Positions 13,631 to 26,445 of a DNA stretch of 64,000 bases are shown here, piece by piece. The DNA is taken from NCBI GenBank assembly GCA_951406725.2, contig OX597835.1, forward strand, positions 1,984,001 through 2,048,000. The letters are read 5' to 3'. This DNA comes from Octopus vulgaris. Lineage: Eukaryota. Position 1 is the stretch's first letter. Each line of letters starts with the position of its first letter. The notes beneath the pieces were generated by a model. It was given only the letters and a program-made list of their open reading frames with translations. It was not told the origin of the DNA and searched no databases. Position numbers and translations under genes: made by a program.

Positions 13631-15749
13631 TGAAGTAATGCGTGGCACTTTATTATTTAATATTGATCCCAGTTTAATAAACTGATAAAAATATATATTG
13701 ACAATTGATAGTTGACGATTAAAAGAAAAAAAATGAGTCGTGAAGTTTTCAGTCCCTTTTAATAAGGTTGATAACCAATCCGAAGAACATATACTAAGGG
13801 AATCGAGGTGGACGAGGGTTCGATCCTAATACTTTGAAACAGCAAATTCAGCTAAATACACCGAAGAACCAGGTGTTATTTAGCCCGAGTTTCAGAACTG
13901 ATCGAGCTACAGCCATCCAGCTTTTTTTTTTGTTTTTTAATTGAGACATTGTGTATAATCCAATACTCTGCTATTTAAACGGGGAGGTATGGTGAGCAGA
14001 CTACCCAGGGAGAGAAAATCAACGAAATAGCTGCCAAATCTTCCTCAAATCACACCTTGCCGTCTTAAATAAGGGGCATACTGTGCAACGTAGTCCTAAA
14101 TATCCTTAAAAGACGAGATGGTCACGACTGGAACGTCATTCATCATAGGTCTGCGCCGTCGGGTACTCAACAAAGACTATGACCCCCAAGTAAGGACGTT
14201 GATTATCCACCTGGAAAAATAATTACTTACGTAAAACCATCCCATAGGTAAAAAACAAAAACAAATGAATGTAAAACAAGGAAAAAAAAACGAAAAACAA
14301 AAAACGTTACTAAGAAACAATAATTTGGTAAGTTTCAAATTTAAGCGTTGATCTTTGTGAGGTTTCAACGGAGTTTATGCGACGTAATTTCACCCTAAAA
14401 GATTAGTCTACTTCAAAATAACGTGGGAAAAATTCAATATTCATTACCGTAAAATATTTTTTTATCGTCTGCGCTGAAGTTTTTTTCTTTCCACAATTTT
14501 ATAAACTATCGAAACATCACTATTCGCCATAAACACTCACAATCACACTGACAGTGGCACCGTCTCCTGCAGCCTCCGTTTCGTATACCACCACTTTAAT
14601 ACATTTTCCCATTTAATTAATTAATTAAAAATAATAAGGAAAAAAACAAACATTATTACACGAAAAGTCATTTTTTGTTTCGACTATGCTCCATATACTT
14701 ATTTTTTCTTTTTTTTCACGACGTCTCTGATCGACTCAAAACTTGATTTTAAAAAATCACTTTTAAACGAAACTTATGTAAAAAGAAAGTCACTCGACTT
14801 ACGGAAATGGTACGGAATAATGTTCAGATATTATATAAATATATATATATATATATTAGTAAAATAAGAATCAATTAGGGACTGATGGGGGCTCTTCTTC
14901 CTCCCATAAGAAATTCGAGGTATTGTGCCTTTGTTACAAATCGATATTATACAAATATCTTGATAAAATAAGTAATGTCAAGCACAATGGATCAACTTGA
15001 TCGACTACACACTTCCTCCAAAAATATCTGAGGCCTTCAATTCATGTATATATATATGTGTGTATACAAATTTACACCTTATGATTGGTGATGTAAACAG
15101 GAAAATAGAACTCTAAACGTGTAACAGACCTCAATTATGCCCCCCCACCCCACCATCGACTTTGTTTCCTCATAACTTCCTGAAAAATGGATTGTGTTTT
15201 TTTAAATGAAATTTTCAACAAATACGCTTCAGATGGTTTAGATAACGATTGTTTTGAAATTTGATGTAGAAAAAACCCCCCAAAATCCTTGAGTGGGAAT
15301 TTCGAAAATTCACGAGTCGACTTTGTTTCCACATAACTTTTTAAAAAATGGGTATTTTTTAATGAAATTTTCAACAAATACCTTTCACAATACGATTTCA
15401 TCATTTCGAAAAAAAATTGTGATGTGTGTCAGTATATAAGATATCTATTTTTCTGGGAGCTAAAAAAACAAAACCAGTGGGGTGGACACATTTATGTAGG
15501 TCTCTCTCTCTCTCTCCTTTTCTCTGTGGTTATTGGTAATCGACACAAGTCCCCGTACAATTCAAGAGCCAAGTTTCGTACGTTGGCACTTTGTCGGAAA
15601 AGCACCAATAAATGAAACTCTCAACCATTGAGTCACACTGGAACTTCTACCGTTTATTATGTGTGTGAACTTATCACTTATGGAAATTACCGTGTTTGTT
15701 GGTAGGAGGTGGGTGGGGTAATTGAATTGTATCTGGTTTTATAAAAAAA

Positions 15750-16133
15750 CTAGCAGTATCGCCCGGCGTTGCTAGGTTTGTAAGGGAAATAACTATATAA
15801 GCATTTTTAGAGAGTTATAGCCAAAACATAGCAAAAAAATGCATCAAAAATGGAAAAAAAATGATGGTAAATTTTTTTTTTAAATCGTTGACTCATCGTA
15901 GACATTTTAGAGAGTTACTTCCCTTATATAATAGCGGAAAAATGCATTAAAATGGAAAAAATGATGGTAAATTTTTTTTTAAATCGTAGACGCACGCTAA
16001 TACCCAGAAGGGCTCGATATGAATCACGACTATAAGATACCCGGTTTTGGTTAAACTGCACCGCAAAATGTGGGAATAGTTAGGAATCTAAATCGTAGGA
16101 GACAGACACACAACTTCACTTTTATATATAAAG
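15750..16133 (-). mobile_element. Non-autonomous Helitron, same family
   Basis: Reverse complement of the same element (actagcagtatcgcccggcgttgc ... cttttatatataaag). Confidence 0.85.
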
Positions 16134-17609
16134 CTATGGTTTTAGAATCTCCAAAAATGGAAATGTTACAGAAATCGACGTTTAAATTAGGAAAATTATC
16201 CCTTTTTTCATTTTTTTTTTCTAAACACCCTTTTTAGGTCACCAGAAGTAATTAAACTTTCTATTCAAATTCCATTTTACATCTGGGGTTCTTTATTCTG
16301 AAGCTTAGGTGAATGATTTAATTTGAATCTTGACATTTATTAGAACAAATAGAATCAACTTATAGAACTTAGTTAATGAATGATTAAAGAACACTAAGAC
16401 ATTCGTTGTTTGAGGGATATCGACAATCTTCTTGGTTCTATTTTATTTTAAGAATTTTATTATCTTTTATTGAGTTTTTCGAATTCTATTTATTCTCGTT
16501 GCCATGAACAACGTACAACAGTCCTTAATATGCACTTTTTCTGATTCCACGTTTCATGCCACACCGAAGGAGCCTCTGCATAGTCGTTCAGCCTGCTAGA
16601 AACAGCAAACAAATCACACGCTGGCTTAATAAAAGACATTAAATAATGTAGTCCTAGATATACACGGCATCTGAATGAAAGACGGAATGGTCAGAAGTAG
16701 CACATCTTTGACTCCGGCGTGTAAAAGGCTGGTTCATCTGGGATCGCTCTACAGTCCGGAGATCCAAAGAAGTGCCTATGAATATCTCCTGTGAATTTTC
16801 TCTTGGAGTCTCTCTCTCTAATTTTTCACATATTGCGATTTTATTTCCTCATAACTTTTTGAAAAATGGATATATCTAAATGAAATACCAGACGAATTCA
16901 TGTTTTTCAATATCTTTCTCCCCGTGAACATATTTAATGGTCTATTGCTGGAAATTAAGCCTAAAATGCGGACTGTATTTTAAAATGTGATTTAAAAAGT
17001 TCGAAATTTTTTTAATAAATTTCTTAAAATCTCGAAAAGTCAAGAATTTACCAAAATATTTTGCATAGTTGTATGATTTTCCGTATTTAGAATACAAATT
17101 TTCTGAAAATTCTAAAAATTGAAGAAGTTATGCGAGGGTTATATGCCGTGCATAAAGCAGACTTCTAGAAGGAAAAGGGAGAAAGAATTCTTAAAACGAA
17201 TATAAAATTTTTTTTTCAACATAAATGTAATCTACCTCACCGAAACGTATGAGGAAACAAAGGGAAAGTATGTGAATTATCCGAAACTCCTCTCACTTTT
17301 ATTTTAACACAAAGTACCTATATAATCGTAAAATGGACTTTCTGAAAGTTATATGGAGTCGATTTCTTTGGAAAAAATACCCATTTATGTGGAAAGAAAG
17401 TCGGAGAATACACTTGTGTAAGTCAGCTACAGATACATATGCGTGTGGGTAGTCTTACTGGAAGGTGTACATACTGTGGAGAGAAAACAGGGGTTTAACA
17501 TGAAGTTTAGGGGACCTGAACGAGCTGCCAAGTAGGGAACAAGAAATGCTATTGTCACATATGTACCGGTGTAACATCAATAAATGTTCCGTTTTAAATA
17601 CAAATCTCT

Positions 17610-17700
17610 TATATAAACCGGAAGTGAGAAAGAATCCCACGAAGAGGCGGTGTTGGGTGTAAATTACGCAAATCGCTTCATAGAAGACTTTTCAGTAAGT
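17610..17700 (+). promoter_or_regulatory. Candidate MZT1 promoter and non-coding first exon
   Basis: TATATAAA abuts an ETS/GABP-type ACCGGAAGTG motif (17617-17626) in a CpG-retaining region. An ATG-free stretch follows and ends at a consensus donor CA|GTAAGT (17695-17700). The link to the 30638 exon is inferred. Confidence 0.5.
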
Positions 17701-18204
17701 TCACTTTCCAAATTTTATTTTCACGTTCTTTGGTTAAATATTGCATAACTATTAAATGACTGTAGTATTAATTACCCAACTATGCGTTTAACACTCTTCT
17801 ATTGAAACTGGAGAAATGAAAACTTCATCAGAATTGTTTTCGCTCAGATCCTACCGAGATCAACAATTGCATTTCCCTCTTTCCAGATTCTCATAAAATA
17901 AGAAGGTGTGTAAAAAAAAAATTGTAATCAAGTAATGATTGCGTGTCTAGACCTACATTCCCCGCCCTGCCTCTCATTCGTTGAAAACCGCTAGAGTGCA
18001 GTTTACAGGGAATTCAGCTGCTATTTCTCGCAACTTAGCCAACTCTCATCCACTTTCACGCTACCGCTTACTTTTAAATGTCCAATTCCACATCCCGCCA
18101 AAATCCATTGGCATATATATGTATATATAAGAAAGAAAAAGGTGTTCAGAATGCTGTATGGTTGTAAAAATATATATTTATTTACATATCACATATCATT
18201 TCTT

Positions 18205-18244
18205 CATATTAGCGCTTTCAACTCCTGTAGTTTCATCAGAAATG
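18205..18244 (-). ncRNA. Minimal type-I hammerhead ribozyme motif (PLE type)
   Basis: Minus strand reads CATTT-CTGATGA-AACT acagg AGTT-GAAA-GCGC-TA-ATATG: intact core, 4-bp stem II, palindromic loop III, stem I with one mismatch. Confidence 0.75.
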
Positions 18245-18364
18245 TCAGTTTGTAGAAATAATATGTGTTATGTAAATAAACATATTTTTACAACCATCCA
18301 GCGTTCTGAACACCTTTTTCTTTCTTATGTATTAAATCTGTACATCACCCCCAATACTTCTAAC

Positions 18365-18396
<32 letters not shown>

Positions 18397-20463
18397 TACA
18401 TACGTACAATGTGTAGCTACACACGTAATTGCTATTTTTAGCATACTGAATAACAGCAGTAAATAAATGTTTGTTAACGTTCACCAACATTGACGCACAC
18501 ATTATAAATTGTTGTTGTTTGATGAGCTGAACTGCTGTCGCTTGAGATGAAAAAAGGTAGATGGAGGTCGGAGAGGGAATTCGAAGTGGAAAGCACGAGC
18601 AGCACAGCTTGTCTGGCTACAATTGGCCGCTTCGTACTTTGGAAACTCCGTTGTTCAATAATCCTTTTCATTTAAATTCCGCCAGCGTTGTCTTTGCTTT
18701 TGATTCGTTCTTCCAGTTACTTTTCCATGGACAGTGAGGTACTATTTAAGAAGAGTGGTCCCGGTGCGCGCACTCGTGCATCCGCGCTTGCTAGTCGTGA
18801 CTTGTCGATCCTACAACGACTACCTAGCAAAGTAAATAAAACACAAAATAAATAATTTTTTTAAAACAAAGTAAATAAAACACAAAGCAAATGCTGGTGC
18901 CACTTAAAAAGCGTCCAGTCCACACTGTACAGTGGTTGGCATTTGGAAGGGCATCCAGCTGTAAAAACCATGCCAAACTGACCTCGCCTGTGCTTGTGCT
19001 ACATAAAAAGCACTCTGTCCATTCTGGTGGGTGGTTGGTGTTAGGAAAGGCATCCGGCCATAAAAACCCTGCCAAAACAGACATAGAAGTCCAGTGCAGG
19101 TTGCTGCCTGTCCAACCTGTGCCAGCATGGGAGGCGGATGTTAAACGATGATGATGATGACGAACACGAAGATGGATGAAATGCTGCTAAGCATTTTGTC
19201 CAATGTTAGGATTCTGCCAGGTTGTTGCCTTAAGCAGTAGAATAGTGTTTAAGATAGATCCATCCATAAAAATTGTTTATTTCTTGACAAAGAAAAATAG
19301 GTAGAAAAGGCGACAAGTGTCTAACAAAGAATATATATTTCAAAGATGTTAATTTATTAAACCTGCATTGCCAGTCCTATCAATGTAGATTGTGCCAAGA
19401 ATTAAATATTTCAGGAAAATTTATAAAAGAAATTCTTTTCATGGTTCTCTATAAATTACAGAACTTGTGAAAAGTTAGCATCTTTCTTTATTGCCCTTAT
19501 ATTTCTGATAGTAACTAACATTTAAGATGTTAATAAAGGATAATAAATGATATTCAAAATGTTAAAAAATAATTCTTAAAGTGTCAACATTTTGATTATG
19601 TAATTACCAAATCATATTTATGTAACACGATTTGTTAGATACAAAAACTATCAATAATTGTTTTCTAATTGAAACACTTCTAATAATTTCAGTTACTTAA
19701 TTGTGGCCATGCTGGGATATTACCTTGAAGGGTTTAGTTGACCAAATCAACCTGTCTCTTTTTGATTTTGCAAATTTAGTAGTTATTCTATCAGATTCTG
19801 TTTTGTTGAATCACTAAGTTATGGGGTCATAAACAGGAGTGGCTGTGGTAAATAGCTTGCTTACCAACCACATGGTTCTGGGTTCAGTCCCACTGCGTGT
19901 CATCTTGGGCAAGTGTCTTCTACTATAGCCTCGGGCCGACCAAAGCCTTGTGAGTGGATTTGGTAGACAGAAACTGAAAGAAGCCCGTCGTATATATGTA
20001 TGTGTGTGTATATGTTTGTGTGTCTGTGTTTGTCCCCTAGCATTGCTTGACAACCGATGCTGGTGTGTTTACGTCCCCGTCACTTAGCGGTTCGGCAAAA
20101 GAGACCGATAGAATAAGTCCTGGGGTTGATTTGCTCAACTAAAGGTGTTGCTCCAGCATGGCCGCAGTCAAATGACTGAAACAAGTAAAAGAGTAAGAGT
20201 TGTCAAGTATTGTCATTGTAAAGACAAGATAAAGAAAACAACACAAATACATCTTTCTATCTTTTATTTGCTTCAGTCATTTAACTGTGGCCATGCTGGG
20301 GCACAGCCTTGAGGAATTTTAGTCAAAGTCATTGATCCCAGTACTTATTGTCTTTTTAAGCCTGGTACTTATTCTATTGGTCTCTTTTGCCAAACTGCTA
20401 AGTTACAGTGATGTCAACACTGGTTGTTGAGCAGTGCTGGGGGATAAGCAAAGACCCCCCCCC

Positions 20464-20509
<46 letters not shown>

Positions 20510-20573
20510 TGGTTCACCGCTCATGTCTCTTTGAGACATTTAGAAATTCAATATTTCTAATATATATATATAT

Positions 20574-20886
20574 GTGGAGGCGCAATGGCCCAGTGGTTAG
20601 GGTGGCAGACTCGCAGTTGTAGGATCGCGGTTTTGATTTCCAGACCGGGCGTTGTGAGTGTTTATTGAGCGAAAACCCCTAAAGCTCCAGGAGGCTCTGG
20701 CAGGGAGTGGTGGCGATCCCTGCTGTACTCTTTCACCACAACTTTCTCTCACTCTTTCTTCTGTTGGCCTGCTCGCTTAGCCAGCAGGGTGGCGTCATTT
20801 GAAGGCTAAAACAATGCGAAGCGCATTGTGACCAGCGATGTGTAGCAACATCTGATAGCCTGGTCGGTCACGGTGATCACGGTGAT
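20574..20886 (+). mobile_element. SINE family E (tRNA-derived)
   Basis: GGAGGCGCAATGGCCCAGTGGTTAGGG head with a B-box-like element. Copies at 33750-34046(-) and 43262-43470(-) have different 3' ends. Confidence 0.85.
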
Positions 20887-20955
20887 ATATGTATATATAC
20901 ATATATGAACTGGAAGCTTCTTCCAGTTTCTTAGAGAGATTTTAGAACTTGTATA

Positions 20956-21490
20956 TCTATTATATAAAATCCGTTTCTATCTGTCTGCGTGTGTGTCTTC
21001 TAGGATCTCGGGCATCCTCCATCTGATTGCACTCAAATTTGATATGTAGATACCGATGGTATCAGGGCGTGTATAAGTCTTTAAAAATTTACAAAAATCG
21101 ATTCCAGGTGAGAATGTGATCGATAAAGCCATGGGAACGTGCATTTGTACACGCAAGTACATCAGCTGTTGCAATTGATACTATGCATACGCGAGAAAAA
21201 TGCATGTGCAGTTTGCGCAAACAAAAGCCGGCTGGCTTGAAATAATGCCACAAAATGCAGTATATTTAAGAGACCAAAAAAGTAAGGTGCAAAAGAGATA
21301 TTTTCTTCAAACTTGGCATGAAGGATGGAAAGACTATTTGGTTTCTCAAGAAGTTTTTTTTTTTGCCTTAACTTCATTTAACAAAACCAAAAATTTATTG
21401 AAATAAGGGCATGCTTAATTATTTTTTAATGAAAAGAAAATACTGATTGCTGTTTATTCAGCAGATATGATTCAGCACCATCCATTGAAT
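20956..21490 (+). mobile_element. Probable Helitron-like element (5' end only recognised)
   Basis: A|TCTATTATATAAAA start followed by ctgtctg/gtgt motifs; 3' end not found. A similar start occurs at 48408. Confidence 0.4.
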
Positions 21491-21735
21491 GGGGGGGGGG
21501 GTGCTCGTATATATATATATATATATATATATATCATCATCATCATCATCGTTTAACATCCGTTTTCCATGCTAGCATGGGTTGGACGGTTCAACTGGGG
21601 TCTGGGAAGCCAGAAGGCTGCACCAGGCCCAGTCTGATCTGGCAGTGTTTCTACAGCTTGATGCCCTCCCTAACGCCAACCACTCCGTGAGTGTAGTGGG
21701 TGCTTTTTACGTGCTACCTGCACAGGTGCCAGACA

Positions 21736-21766
<31 letters not shown>

Positions 21767-23312
21767 ATACACAAACACACACACATAAAGGTGGCAAGTT
21801 AGCAGAATCGTTAGCATACCAGGTAAAATGCTTAGCAGCATTTTGTCTGTCTTAATGTTCTGAGTTCAGATTCTGCCGAGGTTGACTTTGCCTTTCATCT
21901 TTTCAGGGTTAATAAAATAATTACCAGTTGAGCACTGGGGTCGATGTAATCAACTTATCCTCTCTTCTGAAATTGTTCGTCATATGCCAAAATTTGAAAC
22001 CTATATATACATATTTAGGTTTCGTGAAAATATTTCTAACAATTTTGAGATCATAATACTTATGAAGAGTCTATGTCTGTCTGGCAATGAAACATAATGA
22101 TTTCAACAATGTTGAGTCTCATTCACATTGAAGGAATTCAGCTCATTGTTTCTCTGGCTCCTTGGGCAAGTGTCCTCATTTATAACCCCAAGCCAACTGC
22201 TGCCTGGTGAGAAACTTCAGACACCTTAGACTATCATCATGGACTCTCCTTCATGATTAAGGGTATCTATTACATCACAAAGATGACCTTTATTCTTAGC
22301 ACCCTTAAACTGCTACTGTGAATCCTTTTCTAACTAATCCCCTTTTTTACATCATGGAGTGGTGTACTTTCCCAGTTGCATGTGGGAAAGGAGTGCTTAT
22401 GGCCCTTAAGACTTGTGGGATGGAAGCAAGAAGATATCCTTAAAATGAGAAACTGGCTTGAAGGCTTACAACAAGGTGGGGTTCACTAAAGGCACTCAAA
22501 GTGCCAGGTAGTTGCATTAAACTGGGTCATGTGTTTAAGTCTACACCCTCAAGTAGACCATGGCAGGATTTGTACTCAGAACACAAAGAGCCAGAGCAAA
22601 TACTACAAGACAATCTGGTCTAATGTTCATCCAGTTCTGCCAATCCTCCTCCCTAAATTAATACTTTTTTTATCAACCCTAAAAGAATGAAAGGAAATGT
22701 TGACCTCCGCAATATTTGGACGTGTGTGTGTGTGTGTATAATGTATATATATGCATGTCTATAGCTCATTAGCTGTGTTAATGCTTTGGAATGAACAGTG
22801 TTGGTTTTTGGTCACACAGAGCATAAGATTGATGTTTTTCCTCTTTTACAAGACAGAAATAAATCAATCATTTGTGAATAATTCCATAACTACCCCCCAC
22901 CCCACCCCCTACAAACATGCCAAGAAAATGAAAGGAAATTGATTTTGAGACACAAAGATGATCTTTCTGTTCTTTTCTGTTTAATCCACTTCTATTGATT
23001 TCTTTTAGTATTCCTTTGAGTTTATCCATCTTACCCCTACTCCTTTCCCTTATTCCTATTTTAAGCTGGCCTTATTCCAACCTGATCTTCTTGTTTTACA
23101 CCAGAAAGCAGCTCTTTCATTTTGTAGTTATTATTGTTGCTGTTGCTAACTTTTAAACGAAATGTTTGCTTCTTTCCAGATTTGATAAGATTGTTAAACA
23201 AATTCAAAAACAGTTCACGATTTTTAGGACAATGGCATCCTCCCCCTCCCCCACCACCATCATTATTGTTTACATATTAAAAATGAGAATTTCCATTAAA
23301 AGATTTTTGTTT

Positions 23313-23351
<39 letters not shown>

Positions 23352-23552
23352 CATTTTGGTTGATTCATGGAATTACATAGTTCAAAATGATTCATTGTAA
23401 TCAAAGTTTGTTTCATAATTTCTCTCTCCCTCCTTTTCCATTTTATTTTGCTTTTCCTTCAAATTTCTTCCTTAAATTACTATTTTACCAACTCTAATAA
23501 GTAAAGTACCCCCCCCCACACTCACCTTACAGCTGAAAAAAATCACATTTAA

Positions 23553-23773
23553 CCCTTTAGTGTTCACATTATTCTGCCCAAATTAATGCTTTTTCATCCA
23601 CATCGTTTTGAACTAATTATGCATTATCTTGTAGCTATGAGATTTTGATAAGGTAGCTGTTAATTTTTAAGGCGATATTGTAGGGTTGGTGTGAGAGACC
23701 AGATCTGGCCAGTTTGAACATAAAACAGGCAGAATACTTTTGGCTGGATATGGCCGGTTTAAATGCTAAAGGG
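23553..23773. mobile_element. piggyBac-type MITE
   Basis: TTAA|CCCTTTAG ... CTAAAGGG|TTAA. Related copies lie at ~56122-56318 and ~59280-59490. Confidence 0.8.
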
Positions 23774-24839
23774 TTAATGCTATTTTACTTGTTTCAATCA
23801 TTTGACTGAAACTACATTAAGTGCTGCTTCGGTCCCCTCTGTTACATTTTCAAGGTTCTGCTGGGTTTGCAGTGGAAGTCAAAGACAAGATCCATTTCTG
23901 AAACTGCATTAGAATCTAGAGTGGAAACATGGTACTTGCTACTAAGTCATGTTTACTTGTAAGTGATTGTTGAAGTAGTAGTTATATGTTGAATTTCATT
24001 TTGACTACAGAGTTATCTAAGTAGTGTTTGAAGGTATATTTCAAACAATGTAAAATATCGAAGATTTAAGTTTGCTTCCCAACTACATGGTCCTGGGTTC
24101 AGCCTCACTGTGTGGCGCCGTGACCATTGTCTTCTACTATAGCCTCAGACCAAACAAACCCTTTTGAGTAGATCTGGTGTATGGAAACTGAAAGAAGCCC
24201 ATTATGTGTGTTTGTGTTTGTGTTTGTCCCTCACCACTGCTTGACGGCCAGTGTTGGTGTGTTTACATCTCTGTAACTTAGCAGTTTGGCAAAAGAGACT
24301 GATATAATAAGTGCCAGGCTTTACAAAAAAAAAGTGCTGGGTTTCATTCATTCAACTAAAATTCTTCAAGGCAGTGCCTCAGAAATGGTTGCAGACTGAT
24401 GACTGGAACAAGTAAAACAAAAAAAAGCTTCTAGAAGCAATATTTTCAGTTAATCCCATGTTAAAATTTAATATGTATAAATTATTGCATGTTACTGTTG
24501 AACTGTCCACAAATAGTTAATGATGAGGGGAACAGTTTGTTTGTCTCAATGTTCAAAATCAACTACGAAAGACTGTTGTTGATGTTTCTTAAGAGACAAA
24601 AAACTGACAACAATAATCTCTGATAGAAAAGATTTACCAGAATCTTGCTCCAAGCTAGTTTCCAGAGCTCGTGATGCTGCTATTCTCAGATTATTCCTTT
24701 ACAATAATTGTTTTGTGGAGAGCAGGATCTCTGAATGAAAAGGAAGAAGAAAAAAAGAAAGAAAGAAAGAATAATAAAACTGATAGTAAAGTAGTAGTAA
24801 AATGCCCAGCTGGCAACCAGGTGGGGGGGGGGATGTTTT

Positions 24840-25330
24840 CTCAGCAAATGCGCTGCTGTGGGTGCCACTGGATGATGCACCCTGGTGATGATGTTATTCC
24901 ATGCTTTCTGATCCATGGCGCTGGCCTTAGCCTGCTTGAGATCAAGGTGCTCAAGTATTTTTGAATTTGTTTCACCCATGTCTTTGGTGCATGGGTCGCT
25001 GCCACCACAAAAGTTGGTGTGATGGTCTTCTGGTGCTCATCCTGCAGACGTGGCCAAACCACTGTAGCCTCTGCTGCTGGACTTGGTCTTCAATGGTCAG
25101 TTTCTGTTGGCATTGTTCTTGGATGCTGTTGTTTGAGATTCAGTTGTGGAGAGAGACACCAAAGGATCTGAAGAAGACCCTGCATTTGAAACCCCTTGAT
25201 CTTGTTCTGGTCCTTTTTGAGGATGGTCCAGGTCTCGGCACTGTAGAGGACAGGCAAAACCAGTGTGCAGAAAAGACAGATTTTGGTCCTTAGGGGAGAT
25301 GTTGGGCTTCTTTCAGACACACCATTGAAG
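24840..25330 (-). mobile_element. RTE-like LINE C-terminal fragment
   Basis: LRTKICLFCTLVLPVLYSAETWTILKKDQNKIKGFQMQGLLQIL. Confidence 0.8.
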
Positions 25331-26129
25331 GGATTTGAACACAGAAGCCACAGACCTAATTCAGAAGTGAATCTCTGCTGTTGACACCACTTCTCTGTAG
25401 AAGAAAACTGAAAGAGGATAATGAGAACTGTTTAGTCCTGTCAAAGACAACCTCTTTAAAGTTAGTGACAGGATGAAATAGTTGGATTCCATATAATAAG
25501 ACATTTGATGAGAAAGGAGGATGCTACTAACTGCAAAAACCCGTGTTAAAATATAGAAACAAATAGAGAAACATAACTTTTTGCAAGCAACAAAATACTG
25601 CCTTGGGGTTGGTGAAGGAACAAAGCAAACGGTAGGACACATCCAACCCACGTCAGCATGGAATGAAAAATGTTTGTTTTAAGACTGTAGGATATGATTA
25701 TCCAGAACAGGATAACAAAAACGAAAACACCTACAGGTGAAGTTGACTATATTGAGACTGATGGATCGAATGGACATTGATAGAACTTAAAAATTAAAAC
25801 ACAACCAGTCAGACATCGTTGTGTGGGACTGGTTTGTAACATGGTTTCTGTATATATCATCTTAGTGTCATGCACAAATACACTGTGATATATAGTACCA
25901 CAGAATGGGATTGACTCCAACTGTCTCCAATTGATGTTTCCCAAGTGTTCTACCAACAACTGTAATTAATCCAAAACAATCTCTCAACAAACTATGACAA
26001 CTTCTCGACAATTTCCTGTGACTCCACAAACTCATAAACAACACTTTTCACCTTGCTGCAATTTCTCATCTCTCGCTCTCAGTCAAACACACTACCACTT
26101 ATATGAGTTCGCCTTGTCCATTCTCACAA

Positions 26130-26445
26130 AAGGTTCATGATTCTTGCTATAACAGACTACAAAGAAAAAATATGTTCTGTTGTAGAAATCAGCTGACCTC
26201 TGGACACCGATGTGGTCAGAAAAATAGAAGAGAAAGAGGACATCTATGGACCATTGAAAAGGAGTTTGCAAATCCAGTACCCAAGATATACTTTCAACTT
26301 CATATCTATTATTATTTGAGCAACAGGAAACATACCAAGTGTCTGGAGCAAAGTATGGCTGAACTTGGGTTCTTGGGGAGAGAATGCAAATCTTTAATTC
26401 ATACATTACTAATTATCACAATGTCTGGGACAATAAAAATCCACA
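26130..26445 (+). mobile_element. R4/Dong-like non-LTR retrotransposon, restriction-like endonuclease C-terminal remnant
   Basis: DYKEKICSVVEIS*PLDTDVVRKIEEKEDIYGPLKRSLQIQYPRYTFNFISIII*ATGNIP, then after a frameshift LGF...LIHTL...SGTIKI. Confidence 0.7.

Larger units (their letters stand above)
11385..14612 (-). other. Candidate spliced transcript divergent from MZT1 (exons ~14612-14541, 12579-12518, 11467-11385); product unknown
   Basis: Minus-strand donors ATT|GTGAGT, CAG|GTAATG and CAG|GTAAGA; acceptors cctatcattAG and tgcttatAG; TACTAAC branch point (11516-11522) with no AG before the acceptor. The joined ORF is only 47 aa and unrecognised. Confidence 0.35.
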
